Below are positions 19,139 through 28,283 of a stretch of DNA of 64,000 nucleotides, piece after piece. Source of the stretch: Spirochaetia bacterium (lineage in GTDB: Bacteria; Spirochaetota; Spirochaetia; SZUA-6; Bin103); assembly GCA_965203905.1 (NCBI GenBank), contig CBDBDQ010000005.1:3808001-3872000 (forward strand). The letters are read 5' to 3'. Under the pieces are notes generated by a model. That model was given only the letters and a program-made list of their open reading frames with translations, had not been told where the DNA came from and did no database searches. Each line of letters opens with the position of its first letter. Within the stretch, counting starts at the first letter, position 1. Made by a program: the position numbers and the translations under genes.

Positions 19139-19228
19139 ATGCCGTGTGGGCGGAAACGCAAGCGCCACAAAATAGCGACACATAAGCGCAAGAAGAAGCT
19201 GCGAAAGAACCGGCACAAGAAGAGGTAG
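19139..19228 (+). CDS. Small basic ribosomal protein bS22 (AURKAIP1/COX24-domain family), 29 aa
   Basis: Absent from the ORF track. MPCGRKRKRHKIATHKRKKKLRKNRHKKR*; GGGAG RBS at 19124-19128. Confidence 0.9.
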   Translation: MPCGRKRKRHKIATHKRKKKLRKNRHKKR

Positions 19229-19279
19229 GGGTACGACCGCTGCCGGGCGCGGCGCTGATGACGCGCACCGGCGCGGGCC

Positions 19280-20449
19280 GTGATGATGCGCTACGACGTG
19301 TGTCACAACCTGCGGGTAAGCCCTCTCGGGGGCCGGCGGCCGGCGTCTGCGGGAGCCGCTCCGCCAGCCCTGGCCGAAATCCGTATCGACGCCCTCGGCA
19401 AGGCACAGTGCCGCGCGGTTACGGTGGCGTTGCGTGAGGCCGGCGCGCGGATTCGGCTGCGTGGCGCAACCTTGTTCGCGACGCTGTCCGGCGATTGCGT
19501 TGCCAGGGTGGCCGCGCGCTGGCAGGCCCGCGCCGACACCCACCAGCTCGGCGTCGAGCTGGCGGCCGCATGGGAGCCGCTGCCCGGTGTCATAGCCGTG
19601 TCCGGCACAGCGCTCGACTATCGCGGTCGTGCCCTGGTAATGGGCATCATCAATACCACTCCGGATTCGTTCTACCCGCCCAGCCGCCGGTGCGCCGGCG
19701 CCGCAGCGGACGTCGCGTTGCGCATGGCGGAGCAGGGCGCCGACCTCATCGATATCGGTGGCGAGTCCACCCGCCCGGGTGCCGACCCGGTCCCCGCGGC
19801 CGAAGAGGTTCGGCGCGTGGTGCCCGCGGTCGAGGCGGTGGCTGCCGCCGGTGGTCCGCCGGTATCGATCGACACCGCCAAGGCCGAGGTGGCGGCGGCG
19901 GCGCTGGATGCCGGTGCCGGCATGGTCAACGACGTCTCGGGCCTGGGCGATCCGCGGCTGCGCCGACTGGTAGCGGAACGCGGCGTGCCCGCCGTGGTGA
20001 TGCACATGCGCGGTTCGCCGCGCACCATGCAGCGGGGGATACACTACGCGGACACCGTCGGCGAAGTGCTGGGGGAGCTCAAGCGACGCCTCAACGACGC
20101 GCTGGACGCCGGCATCCGGCGCCGGCAACTGATCGTCGACCCGGGCATCGGTTTCGGCAAGCGGGTGGGCGACAACCTGCGTCTGCTGCAGGGGCTGCCC
20201 GCGCTGCGCGCGCTCGGGCCGGTGCTCATCGGCGTGTCGCGCAAGTCGTTTCTCGGCAAGCTGCTCGGCGCTGCGCTGGAGGACCGGCTTGCCGCTACCA
20301 CGGCAGCCAACACCATCGCCCTGCTGCGCGGTGCCGACATCCTGCGGGTCCACGACGTGGCGGCGGCGGCCCAGACGGTGCGGCTGGTCGCCGAGCTGGC
20401 AGCGCAGGGGCAAGAGGAGCCTGCCGGCGACGGGGCGACTGCCGGTTGA
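19280..20449 (+). CDS. folP: Dihydropteroate synthase with N-terminal extension
   Basis: MGIINTTPDSF, DIGGESTRPG, SIDT, NDVSG, DPGIGFGK, SRKSF, RVHDV. Confidence 0.95.
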   Translation: MMMRYDVCHNLRVSPLGGRRPASAGAAPPALAEIRIDALGKAQCRAVTVALREAGARIRLRGATLFATLSGDCVARVAARWQARADTHQLGVELAAAWEPLPGVIAVSGTALDYRGRALVMGIINTTPDSFYPPSRRCAGAAADVALRMAEQGADLIDIGGESTRPGADPVPAAEEVRRVVPAVEAVAAAGGPPVSIDTAKAEVAAAALDAGAGMVNDVSGLGDPRLRRLVAERGVPAVVMHMRGSPRTMQRGIHYADTVGEVLGELKRRLNDALDAGIRRRQLIVDPGIGFGKRVGDNLRLLQGLPALRALGPVLIGVSRKSFLGKLLGAALEDRLAATTAANTIALLRGADILRVHDVAAAAQTVRLVAELAAQGQEEPAGDGATAG

Positions 20450-20512
20450 CGGCCGGCGGCTGGCGCGGGATGGTGGGGCCGCGGCAGGCAAGTGCCGCAT
20501 GGTGATTGAACG

Positions 20513-20917
20513 GTGATCCTGGGGGTCGGCATCGACGTTGTGCATCCGCAACGGCTGCGGCGCTGGCAGGCGATTCCCGGCCTGCTGGAGCGGTTCTATC
20601 ATCCGGCCGAGCTGGAGCAGTGTCGCAAGCGCAGCGGGGCGGCGGTGCTGCTGTCGTTGGCGGCCCGCTTCGCGGCCAAGGAGGCGTTCGGCAAGGCACT
20701 GGGCTCGGGTCTTGCGGGGCTCTCGTTGCGTGACATGGCGGTGATGAACAACAGCCTCGGCAAGCCGGAGATGCGGCTCACCGGCTCGGCCCGGGCCGCA
20801 TTCGAGCGGATCGGCGGGACGCGTGTGTTCATTTCGCTGTCTCACGAGAAGGAAGCGGTCCTGGCCATGTGCGTGATCGAGGGAGACCCGGCGGTCGCCG
20901 AGGTGGACGGCGCGTGA
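20513..20917 (+). CDS. acpS: Holo-ACP synthase
   Basis: GVGIDVV, AARFAAKEAFGKALG, GKP, ISLSHE. Confidence 0.95.
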   Translation: MILGVGIDVVHPQRLRRWQAIPGLLERFYHPAELEQCRKRSGAAVLLSLAARFAAKEAFGKALGSGLAGLSLRDMAVMNNSLGKPEMRLTGSARAAFERIGGTRVFISLSHEKEAVLAMCVIEGDPAVAEVDGA

Positions 20918-21702
20918 CCCGGGGGTCGCCGGTCCGCCTCGCGGCCGGCGAGACCAACGTCATGCTCACCCTCGCGTACGACGGTACCGACTTTGCCGGC
21001 TGGCAGGTGCAGCAGGGGCCGCGCACCGTCCAGGGAACCCTGGAGGCGGGGCTGGCGCGCATGCTGGGCCGTCCGGTGCGGGTGCGTGCCGCGGGGCGTA
21101 CCGATTCCGGCGTCCACGCCGTGGGTCAGGTCGTCAACTTCAGCGCCGCGATGAGCTTCCCCGCGGAACGCTGGGCGGTGGCCGTGAATTCCTACCTCCC
21201 GCCCGATGTCCGCGTGCTCGCCGCGCGGCCCGTGGCCGGTGACTTCGACGCGCGCCGCTCGGCATTGGCGCGCGTGTATCACTACCAGCTGCTGTGCGGC
21301 CCGGTAGGACTGCCGCACCTGCGGCGCTACTGCTACCACGTGCGGAGGCACCTGGACCTGCGCTACCTGAACCGCGCTGCGGCCTGCCTCGTGGGTGAGC
21401 ACGACTTCACGGTGTTCGCGGCGGCCGGAGACCCGAGCCGCTCCCGGGTACGGCGGGTGCTCAGCGCCGCCTTCTTCCCGCGGGCGCCGTACGTGGTGTT
21501 CCGCATTGTCGCCACCTCGTTTCTCTGGAAGATGGTGCGCAGCATTGTGGGCACCCTGCTGGAGTTGGCGGAGATCGGCACCCCGGCCACCGATGTCGGC
21601 CGCCTGTTGGCGCGCCGTACGCGCGCGGACGTGGGGCAGACGGCGCCTGCGCGCGGCCTGTTTCTGGAGCGGGTGTGGTATCCTTCCCGCTTCGAGGCAT
21701 GA
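20914..21702 (+). CDS. truA: tRNA pseudouridine(38-40) synthase
   Basis: AYDGTDFAGWQ, AGRTDSGVHA, FLWKMVR, TAPARGLFL. Confidence 0.95.
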   Translation: MTRGSPVRLAAGETNVMLTLAYDGTDFAGWQVQQGPRTVQGTLEAGLARMLGRPVRVRAAGRTDSGVHAVGQVVNFSAAMSFPAERWAVAVNSYLPPDVRVLAARPVAGDFDARRSALARVYHYQLLCGPVGLPHLRRYCYHVRRHLDLRYLNRAAACLVGEHDFTVFAAAGDPSRSRVRRVLSAAFFPRAPYVVFRIVATSFLWKMVRSIVGTLLELAEIGTPATDVGRLLARRTRADVGQTAPARGLFLERVWYPSRFEA

Positions 21703-22478
21703 CCCGCGACCAGCGCTTCTGGCGCCTGCTTACCCTGGTGGAAGACTATTACACCACCGGCGAACGCACCGCCGGCGATCCGCCCGCCGTGCGTTTCCCG
21801 GGCATTTTCGCGCCAGGCGAGGGGCCCGCGGCCGCGGCTGCGCCCGCGACCGATCAGGCCGCTGCCGCCGACAGCCTGGCCCGGGTGGCGGTGGAAGTGG
21901 CGGCGTGCCGCGCCTGCGGGCTGTGCGGCGGCCGCACCAACACGGTGCCCGGAGAGGGGGACTCGCGCCCCCGAGTCGTGGTGATCGGCGAGGGGCCGGG
22001 GCGGGAGGAGGATCGCAGCGGGCGGCCGTTCGTGGGTCCGGCCGGCCAGTACCTGGACCGCTGGCTGGCGGCCATCGACCTGCAGCGCGACGCGAACTGC
22101 TTCATCACCAACGTGGTGAAGTGCCGGCCTCCCGACAACCGCGATCCGCTGCCCGCGGAGTCGGACGCCTGCCTGCCGTTCCTGCAGCGGCAGATCCGCC
22201 TGTTGCGGCCGCGGGCGCTGCTCAGCGTCGGACGTATCGCCAGCCAGGTGCTCACCGGCCGCAATGCGCCGATCGGGGCGCTGCGCGGCCAGGTCTACCA
22301 CTACGCGGTTGCCGGCTCGCCCCATCCGCTGCCGCTGGTGACCACCTATCATCCCAGCGGCGTGCTCCGCAACCAGTCCCTGCGGCGCGCGGTGTGGGAC
22401 GACCTGCGCCTCTTGCAGCGGGTGATCGCCGCGGATGGCGGCTCCGCACCCGCGACTTCCGCCTCCGCACCGGGTTAG
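21699..22478 (+). CDS. Uracil-DNA glycosylase family 4 (Fe-S)
   Basis: CRACGL, GEGPG, GRPFVG, NVVKCRPPDNRDP, TYHPS. Confidence 0.93.
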   Translation: MTRDQRFWRLLTLVEDYYTTGERTAGDPPAVRFPGIFAPGEGPAAAAAPATDQAAAADSLARVAVEVAACRACGLCGGRTNTVPGEGDSRPRVVVIGEGPGREEDRSGRPFVGPAGQYLDRWLAAIDLQRDANCFITNVVKCRPPDNRDPLPAESDACLPFLQRQIRLLRPRALLSVGRIASQVLTGRNAPIGALRGQVYHYAVAGSPHPLPLVTTYHPSGVLRNQSLRRAVWDDLRLLQRVIAADGGSAPATSASAPG

Positions 22479-22487
22479 GGGACGCCG

Positions 22488-24464
22488 GTGCCGCGCTACC
22501 TGGAGGTGGCGTTCAACCTCCCGCTGCTGCAGCACTTCACCTACCTCGACCTGGAGGACGCCGCTACCGAACCCGGCGTGCGGGTGGTGGCGCCGCTGGG
22601 CCGGCGGCGGGTCACCGGCTTCGTCGTGGGCGTGCCGCGGCGGGCGCCGCAGGGGGTGGAGCTGCGTCCCATCGGGCGCCGGGTCGACGCGCAGCCGGTG
22701 TTCGACGGCGCGCTGCTGGAGCTGGCGCGCTGGGTAGCGGACATGTACCTGTGCTCGCTCGGCGAGGCACTGGCGGCGATGATCCCGGCCGGCCGGCGCG
22801 AGACGCTGCACGACGACTTCGACTCCGGGGTGGAGAGTTGGCGCGACCACGCGCTCACCGACGAACAGCAGCGTGCGGTTGCCGCCCTGACGGCGCCGCT
22901 CGACACGGCGGCCTCCGCCACGGTCCGATCGCGGCGATTCTACCTGCGCGGCGTGACCGGTTCCGGCAAGACCGCGGTGTTTCTGGAGGCGGCTCGGCGC
23001 ACGGTCGCCACCGGTCGCAGCGTGATCTACCTGGTACCGGAGATCTCGCTGACGCACCAGGTGGTGGATCAGTTCAGTGACGTGTTCGGGGCTCAGGTCG
23101 CGGTGATCCACTCGGCGCTCACGCCGTCGCAACGGCTGCAGCAGTGGGGCCGGATCAGGGGCGGTGAGGCGCGCGTGGTGATCGGCGCCCGCAGCGCGGT
23201 GTTCGCACCGTTGCGCAACCTGGGAATGATCGTGCTCGACGAGGAGCATGAGAACTCCTACAAGTCGAGTGCGACGCCACGCTACCACGCACGCCAGGTT
23301 GCGATGCACCGCTGCACTCGGGAGGGCGCCACCCTGGTGATGGGCAGCGCCACACCCTCCCTGGAGGCGCTCCATCACATGGACAACGGTCGCCTGCAAC
23401 GGCTCGACCTGACCCGCCGGCCGGGCCGGGGACGCATGCCGGCGATCGAGGTGGTGGCGATGAAGGGCCAGACCGGACCGCTGTCGGAGCGGTTGGTGGA
23501 GGAGATCCGCGCCGCGGCCGCCGCCGGCCGGCAATCGATCCTGTTTCTCAACCGCCGCGGGTTCGCCTACTTTTTCCACTGCCGGAGCTGCGGGTTCGAA
23601 ATGCACTGCGCCCACTGCTCGGTGACTCTGACCTACCACAAGGCGACCCGCGCCATGCTGTGCCACTACTGCGGCTTTCGCGCCGCACCGATGCAGGTGT
23701 GTCCGCAGTGCTCGTCGCTGGACGTCGGGTACACCGGTTACGGCACCCAGCGGGTGGAGGAGGAGCTGGCGGCGGCGCTGCCGGGACTCCGCGTGCGGCG
23801 CCTGGACACCGATGCCGCGCGCAACCGGCGCGAGCTGCGCACGGCGCTGGCGCAGTTCCGGGCGGGGGAGCTGGACGTCCTGGTTGGCACCCAGATGGTA
23901 GCCAAGGGACTCGACTTTCCCGGCGTACGTCTGGTCGGCATCATCAACGCCGACACCGGGTTGCACCTGCCTGACTTCCGCGCCGCGGAGCGCACCTTCA
24001 ACCTCATAGTCCAGGTGTCGGGTCGCGCCGGCCGTACGCTGCCGGATGGACGGGTGCTGGTGCAGACCTACCTGGCCGACCAGTACGCCATCCGTCTCGC
24101 CGTGCAGGGACGTGCCGAGGAGTTCTATCGCCGCGAGGTCGCGCTGCGCAGGGAGCTTCGCTTCCCGCCCTTCGTACGCCTGATCCGTATCGTGATCCGT
24201 TCCCGCAGCGAGCAGCGCGCCCACGCCGCCGCCGGCAGCTTCGCCGAGCAACTGCAGCGGCGGCGCGGGGCGGCGACCGGCGAGGTGCTGGGGCCGGTGG
24301 AGTGCCCGATCGAGCGCATCGCCGGCAACTATCGCTGCCACATGCTGCTGCGGCACACCACGCTGGGTCCGCTGCACGCCTGGGTGCAGCGCACCTGCCG
24401 CGGGTTCCGGCTGCCGGCGGGAGTCCACCTGGAGGTGGACGTCGATCCCACCTCCGTGCTGTGA
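22488..24464 (+). CDS. priA: Primosomal protein N'
   Basis: GVTGSGKT, VPEISLT, DEEH, Cys-rich Zn region, GTQMVAKGLDF, QVSGRAGR. Confidence 0.96.
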   Translation: MPRYLEVAFNLPLLQHFTYLDLEDAATEPGVRVVAPLGRRRVTGFVVGVPRRAPQGVELRPIGRRVDAQPVFDGALLELARWVADMYLCSLGEALAAMIPAGRRETLHDDFDSGVESWRDHALTDEQQRAVAALTAPLDTAASATVRSRRFYLRGVTGSGKTAVFLEAARRTVATGRSVIYLVPEISLTHQVVDQFSDVFGAQVAVIHSALTPSQRLQQWGRIRGGEARVVIGARSAVFAPLRNLGMIVLDEEHENSYKSSATPRYHARQVAMHRCTREGATLVMGSATPSLEALHHMDNGRLQRLDLTRRPGRGRMPAIEVVAMKGQTGPLSERLVEEIRAAAAAGRQSILFLNRRGFAYFFHCRSCGFEMHCAHCSVTLTYHKATRAMLCHYCGFRAAPMQVCPQCSSLDVGYTGYGTQRVEEELAAALPGLRVRRLDTDAARNRRELRTALAQFRAGELDVLVGTQMVAKGLDFPGVRLVGIINADTGLHLPDFRAAERTFNLIVQVSGRAGRTLPDGRVLVQTYLADQYAIRLAVQGRAEEFYRREVALRRELRFPPFVRLIRIVIRSRSEQRAHAAAGSFAEQLQRRRGAATGEVLGPVECPIERIAGNYRCHMLLRHTTLGPLHAWVQRTCRGFRLPAGVHLEVDVDPTSVL

Positions 24465-24556
24465 CGCGCCGGCCGCTTCCAGCACGCCCCGCGCCCCCGC
24501 ACGGCACGCAGCATGTCTGGCAGTTGCGTTGCGGCGCGGCTATAATGTCCCCATTC

Positions 24557-25066
24557 ATGTTCGCCATCGTCACGCTCGGCCACCCAGCGCTTCGCCGGCG
24601 TGCCGATCCGATTCCCGAGGTCACCCCCGAGGTGCGCCGCCTCGCCGGCGAGATGATCGCCGCCATGAAACAGCGCGAGGGAATCGGCCTCGCCGCCACC
24701 CAGGTCAACCGCATGGTGCGGATGTTCGTGACCAAGGCTCCCGACGATCGGGAACGGGTGTTCATCAACCCCGAGATCATCCGCACCGGTATCGAGACCG
24801 AGGTGAGGGAGGAAGGCTGCCTGAGCATTCCCGGACCGCGCGCCGACGTGGTACGGGCGGCCCAGGTGCGCATCCAGGCGCGCAATCAGCGCGGCCGCCT
24901 GTTCTCCATCGAAGCGCAGGGCATGCTGGCGCGGGTGATACAGCATGAGCTGGATCACCTGAACGGCGTGCTGTTCATCGACCACCTGAGCGAGGCGGAA
25001 CGGGCGCGGGTGCTGCGCGAATACGCCGAGCGCGGTGCGCAGGCGGATGCCGAGGATCGGTCGTAG
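24557..25066 (+). CDS. def: Peptide deformylase
   Basis: GIGLAATQV, EGCLS, QHELDH. Confidence 0.96.
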   Translation: MFAIVTLGHPALRRRADPIPEVTPEVRRLAGEMIAAMKQREGIGLAATQVNRMVRMFVTKAPDDRERVFINPEIIRTGIETEVREEGCLSIPGPRADVVRAAQVRIQARNQRGRLFSIEAQGMLARVIQHELDHLNGVLFIDHLSEAERARVLREYAERGAQADAEDRS

Positions 25067-25069
25067 CCG

Positions 25070-26032
25070 GTGCGCATCGTGTTCGCGGGGACCCCGGACT
25101 TCGCCGTGCCCGCGCTCGATGTCCTCCACGACGCCGAGCTGTGCGCGGTGCTCACCGCTCCTGACCGGCCCGCCGGCCGTCGCGGCGCGTTGCGGGCGCC
25201 TGCGGTGAAGCGCGCGGCGTTGGCACGCGGTCTCAGCGTGCTGCAACCGGAGCGCCTGGGGCGCGCGTTCACGGCCGAACTGGCGCGGTTGCAGCCTGAC
25301 CTGCTGGTGGCGGTGGCGTATGGCAAGGTTTTCCGTCCCTACTTTCTCGCCATCTTCGCGCGCGGCGGACTCAACGTGCATCCTTCGTTGCTGCCCCGGT
25401 GGCGCGGACCGGCACCCATACCCGCTGCCATCCTGGCTGGCGCACGGCACACCGGGGTGACGGTGCAGCGGCTGGCGGCGGAGGTGGACGCCGGCGACAT
25501 CATCGCGCAGCGCGAGCAGCCCCTGGAGGGCACCGAGACCACCGGCTCCTTGACACCGCGGCTTGCCGAGCTCGGCGCCACGCTGCTGCGCGAAGCGGTG
25601 GACGCGGTGGCAGCCGGCACCGAGCGGGCGCGACCGCAGAACGCGGCGGATGCCACCTATTGCGCGCTGCTGCGCAAGGAGCACGGCGGTATCGACTGGC
25701 GCCGTCCGGCCGCGGCCATCGAGCGCGCGGTGCGCGCCTACGATCCATGGCCGCGCGCCTTCACCACCTGGGACGGGCGCCAGCTCCTGGTCCTGGAGAC
25801 CGCGGTGGAGCGCGCCGGCGATGGCGCGGGGGAAGTGGCGCCGGCGGCTCCCGGACAGGTGGTCGCGGTGGACCGCGAGCGCGGAATCCTGGTGCATACG
25901 GGCGCGCAGCGGCTGTGGATCAGGCGCCTGCAGCTGCAGGGAAGGAAGCCGCTGGATGCGCGCGCCTTCGCCAACGGCCACCCCGGGATCGTCGGCTCGC
26001 GACTCGGCCCGACGCCGGCCGCCGAGCGCTGA
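25070..26032 (+). CDS. fmt: Methionyl-tRNA formyltransferase
   Basis: FAGTPDFA, NVHPSLLPRWRGPAPI, DAGDI. Confidence 0.96.
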   Translation: MRIVFAGTPDFAVPALDVLHDAELCAVLTAPDRPAGRRGALRAPAVKRAALARGLSVLQPERLGRAFTAELARLQPDLLVAVAYGKVFRPYFLAIFARGGLNVHPSLLPRWRGPAPIPAAILAGARHTGVTVQRLAAEVDAGDIIAQREQPLEGTETTGSLTPRLAELGATLLREAVDAVAAGTERARPQNAADATYCALLRKEHGGIDWRRPAAAIERAVRAYDPWPRAFTTWDGRQLLVLETAVERAGDGAGEVAPAAPGQVVAVDRERGILVHTGAQRLWIRRLQLQGRKPLDARAFANGHPGIVGSRLGPTPAAER

Positions 26033-26040
26033 CGGTACCC

Positions 26041-27027
26041 ATGGCGTCGCCTGATCCCCGAACGCCCGCTCCACCCGTGGTGAGCGGCATGCGGTTGACC
26101 GTGCTCATCTGCGGCGTGCTGGTGGTGAGCGGTCTCATTGCGTTTTTCGCCGCGGTGCGAGGGGAAGAGGAGACCCTGGTTCCCAACGTGGTGGCCGAGG
26201 ACCTGCTGGCGGCGATCAGCATGCTGCAGGAGAAGTCTCTCGCGCCGCGGGTCGAGGGACGGGTCTCGTCCGATCACGACAAGTGGACGGTCATCGAGCA
26301 GGAACCGGAGGCCGGCACCCTGGTGAAGGCGGGGCGGCCGGTCCTGCTGGTCGTCAGTCGCGGGCCGATCATCGACCGGGTGGGCGACTACGTCGGCCGC
26401 GACCTGGACGAAGTGCGGCTGGAGCTGCAGACCGTGTTCGCCTCCTATCGCGAGCTGATCAAGATCAAGGAGCCGGTGGCGCGCGTGAGCGACGCCGCGG
26501 CGGCCGGCACCATCCTGGCGCAGAACCCCGCCCCGCAGACCCCGATCGACGGTGTCGTGGTGCTGGAGCTGGTGGTGAGCAAGGGTCCCAAGGGCGACCT
26601 GATCGAACTGCAGAACTACGTCAACAGGCCGTTCCAGGAGGTGCGTGACGAATTGGCCGTGCTCAACCTGCCGTTCGTGTTCCGGGTGCGCGCCGCGCGC
26701 GAGGGAGAGGAAGCGGGCAGCATCGTGTCGCAGTCTCCCACCGCGGGCCAGGAGATCCCCTACAGCTCGATTCTACAGCTCGAGATGACGGCACCGGCCG
26801 AGTTGCCCGAGGAGATGGCGTTCGGGTTGCTGGAGGCGTCGTTGCCCGACTATCCGATCCTGGTGGACTTGAAACTGGAGGTGATCACCGCCACGGAGCG
26901 GCGCGAGTTACTGGCGATGAAGCATCCCGGCGGCCCCATATCGATTCCCTACCTGGTGGAGGCGGACAGCCAACTGGTGCTGTCGATGTTCGACGACGAG
27001 ATCCTCACCCGTCCGGCCCGCCACTAG
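26041..27027 (+). CDS. Membrane-anchored PASTA-domain protein
   Basis: N-terminal TM helix, three repeats of the VxxQxPxxG..V.L.VS pattern; follows def-fmt. Confidence 0.85.
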   Translation: MASPDPRTPAPPVVSGMRLTVLICGVLVVSGLIAFFAAVRGEEETLVPNVVAEDLLAAISMLQEKSLAPRVEGRVSSDHDKWTVIEQEPEAGTLVKAGRPVLLVVSRGPIIDRVGDYVGRDLDEVRLELQTVFASYRELIKIKEPVARVSDAAAAGTILAQNPAPQTPIDGVVVLELVVSKGPKGDLIELQNYVNRPFQEVRDELAVLNLPFVFRVRAAREGEEAGSIVSQSPTAGQEIPYSSILQLEMTAPAELPEEMAFGLLEASLPDYPILVDLKLEVITATERRELLAMKHPGGPISIPYLVEADSQLVLSMFDDEILTRPARH

Positions 27028-27031
27028 CGAC

Positions 27032-27060
27032 TGGACAGTACGGCACGGCTGGGGTATGCT
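27032..27060 (+). promoter_or_regulatory. Putative sigma70 promoter of tRNA-Gly
   Basis: TGGACA-17 nt-TATGCT, ending 10 nt before the tRNA. Confidence 0.6.
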
Positions 27061-27070
27061 GCGTCAAGCT

Positions 27071-27142
27071 GCGAGCGTCGTATAATGGTTATTACCCGAG
27101 CTTCCCAAGCTCGTGACGAGGGTTCGATTCCCTTCGCTCGCT
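27071..27142 (+). tRNA. tRNA-Gly (CCC)
   Basis: Acceptor stem GCGAGCG/CGCTCGC, anticodon arm CGAGC-TTCCCAA-GCTCG, T-arm GAGGG-TTCGATT-CCCTT; CCA not encoded. Confidence 0.97.
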
Positions 27143-27155
27143 TCTCCGATTCGCC

Positions 27156-27506
27156 GTGATGCAGCGACGAGCTTACCTGATGCGCCTCAAGAAGGAGCGT
27201 GTCGCCGACTACGTGGAAGTGCACCGCAAGGAGAAGGTCTGGCGTTCGGTGGTGGACTGCCTGGTGCGGTCGGGCACCACCCGGATGATCATTCTGCTCC
27301 ACGGGCAGGACGTGATCCTGTACGAGGAAGCCCACGACCTGCAGCATGCGTACCAGGTCCAGAACGCCGACCGGCCGACGCAGCGCTGGGAGGCGATGAT
27401 TGCGGAGTTGATGGAGCAGGCCCCTTACTTCGACGAGATCAAGGGAGACCTGGAATTTCGCGAAGTGCCGATCGTGTTCCACCTCGAAGACGGCAAGCTG
27501 TTGTGA
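27156..27506 (+). CDS. L-rhamnose mutarotase family protein
   Basis: RRAYLMRLK..VADYVEVH...VW, QRWEAM, VFHLE. Confidence 0.75.
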   Translation: MMQRRAYLMRLKKERVADYVEVHRKEKVWRSVVDCLVRSGTTRMIILLHGQDVILYEEAHDLQHAYQVQNADRPTQRWEAMIAELMEQAPYFDEIKGDLEFREVPIVFHLEDGKLL

Positions 27507-27781
27507 TCGACGGACACAGTCACCTGCTGATGAGCAGTAGCGGGCGGAAGAAGCGCGCGGTCGCCGATCTCACCGAGGTCGATCTGGGCGTGCTGTTCGC
27601 CGGCCTGGATCGGCTCGGCATCGAGCGTGTCGTGTCGCTGGTGCAGGACACCACCCGCGTCTGGGGCGGCTGGCCCACGCTGGCCGACGACGAGATCGCC
27701 GGAATCCTCGACACCACCGTAAGACGTCTCATGCGAATCGAACCCATGCAAGAGCTGGAAACTGGAGGTGGCCGTGGCTGA
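27503..27781 (+). pseudogene. Internally deleted amidohydrolase_2-like gene
   Basis: 92 codons: N-terminal IDGHSH and LDRLGIERVV joined directly to a terminal-helix-like EIAGILDTTVRRLM; the barrel core is missing. Confidence 0.6.
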
Positions 27782-28259
27782 GCCTTCGTTCGATCTCGCT
27801 GCTGCGCACCGCTGGTTCGGCGTGGAGCTGAACAATGGCGCGTGGGACGCCCTGTCATCGGGGAGCGTGACGGCGGAGAGTGCGGACGCACATATTCACG
27901 CCGCGCACGCCAGTTGCCATCACTGGATGCAGGTGGGTACGGTCGCCAATCGCGCCCGCGGCGAGTTGACGGTAGCGAACGTCTACGCGGCCGCCGGGCT
28001 GGCGGAGGCGGCGCTGCGCCACGCCCGCCGGTGCCTGGAGCTGACGGAGGAGAATCGGGCGCAGATGGCGGACTGGGACGTGGCCTTCGCCTGCGATGTC
28101 TTGGCCAGGGCGCATGCCGCTGCCGGGCACAACGAGCACGCGCGGCAGGCCAAGGAGCGGGCGCGTGCTGCCGGCGAGGCCATTGCCGATCCGGACGACC
28201 GCAAGTTCTTCTTCGAGTGGTTTGCCGGCGGCAACTGGCACGGACTGTCTGAAGGATAG
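27768..28259 (+). CDS. Hypothetical alpha-helical (TPR-like) protein
   Basis: NNGAW, HAAHASCHHW, ALRHARRCL, DVLARAHA helical repeats. Confidence 0.75.
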   Translation: MAVAEPSFDLAAAHRWFGVELNNGAWDALSSGSVTAESADAHIHAAHASCHHWMQVGTVANRARGELTVANVYAAAGLAEAALRHARRCLELTEENRAQMADWDVAFACDVLARAHAAAGHNEHARQAKERARAAGEAIADPDDRKFFFEWFAGGNWHGLSEG

Positions 28260-28283
28260 TCCCCTACCGGTGGACTTCGCCTG

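Noticed and set aside
21363-24485. 1040-aa minus-strand ORF, and similar long antisense ORFs (45907-48243, 19136-20845, 38875-40383)
   Set aside because: Shadow ORFs opposite well-supported genes, expected from high-GC codon bias; no recognisable motifs.
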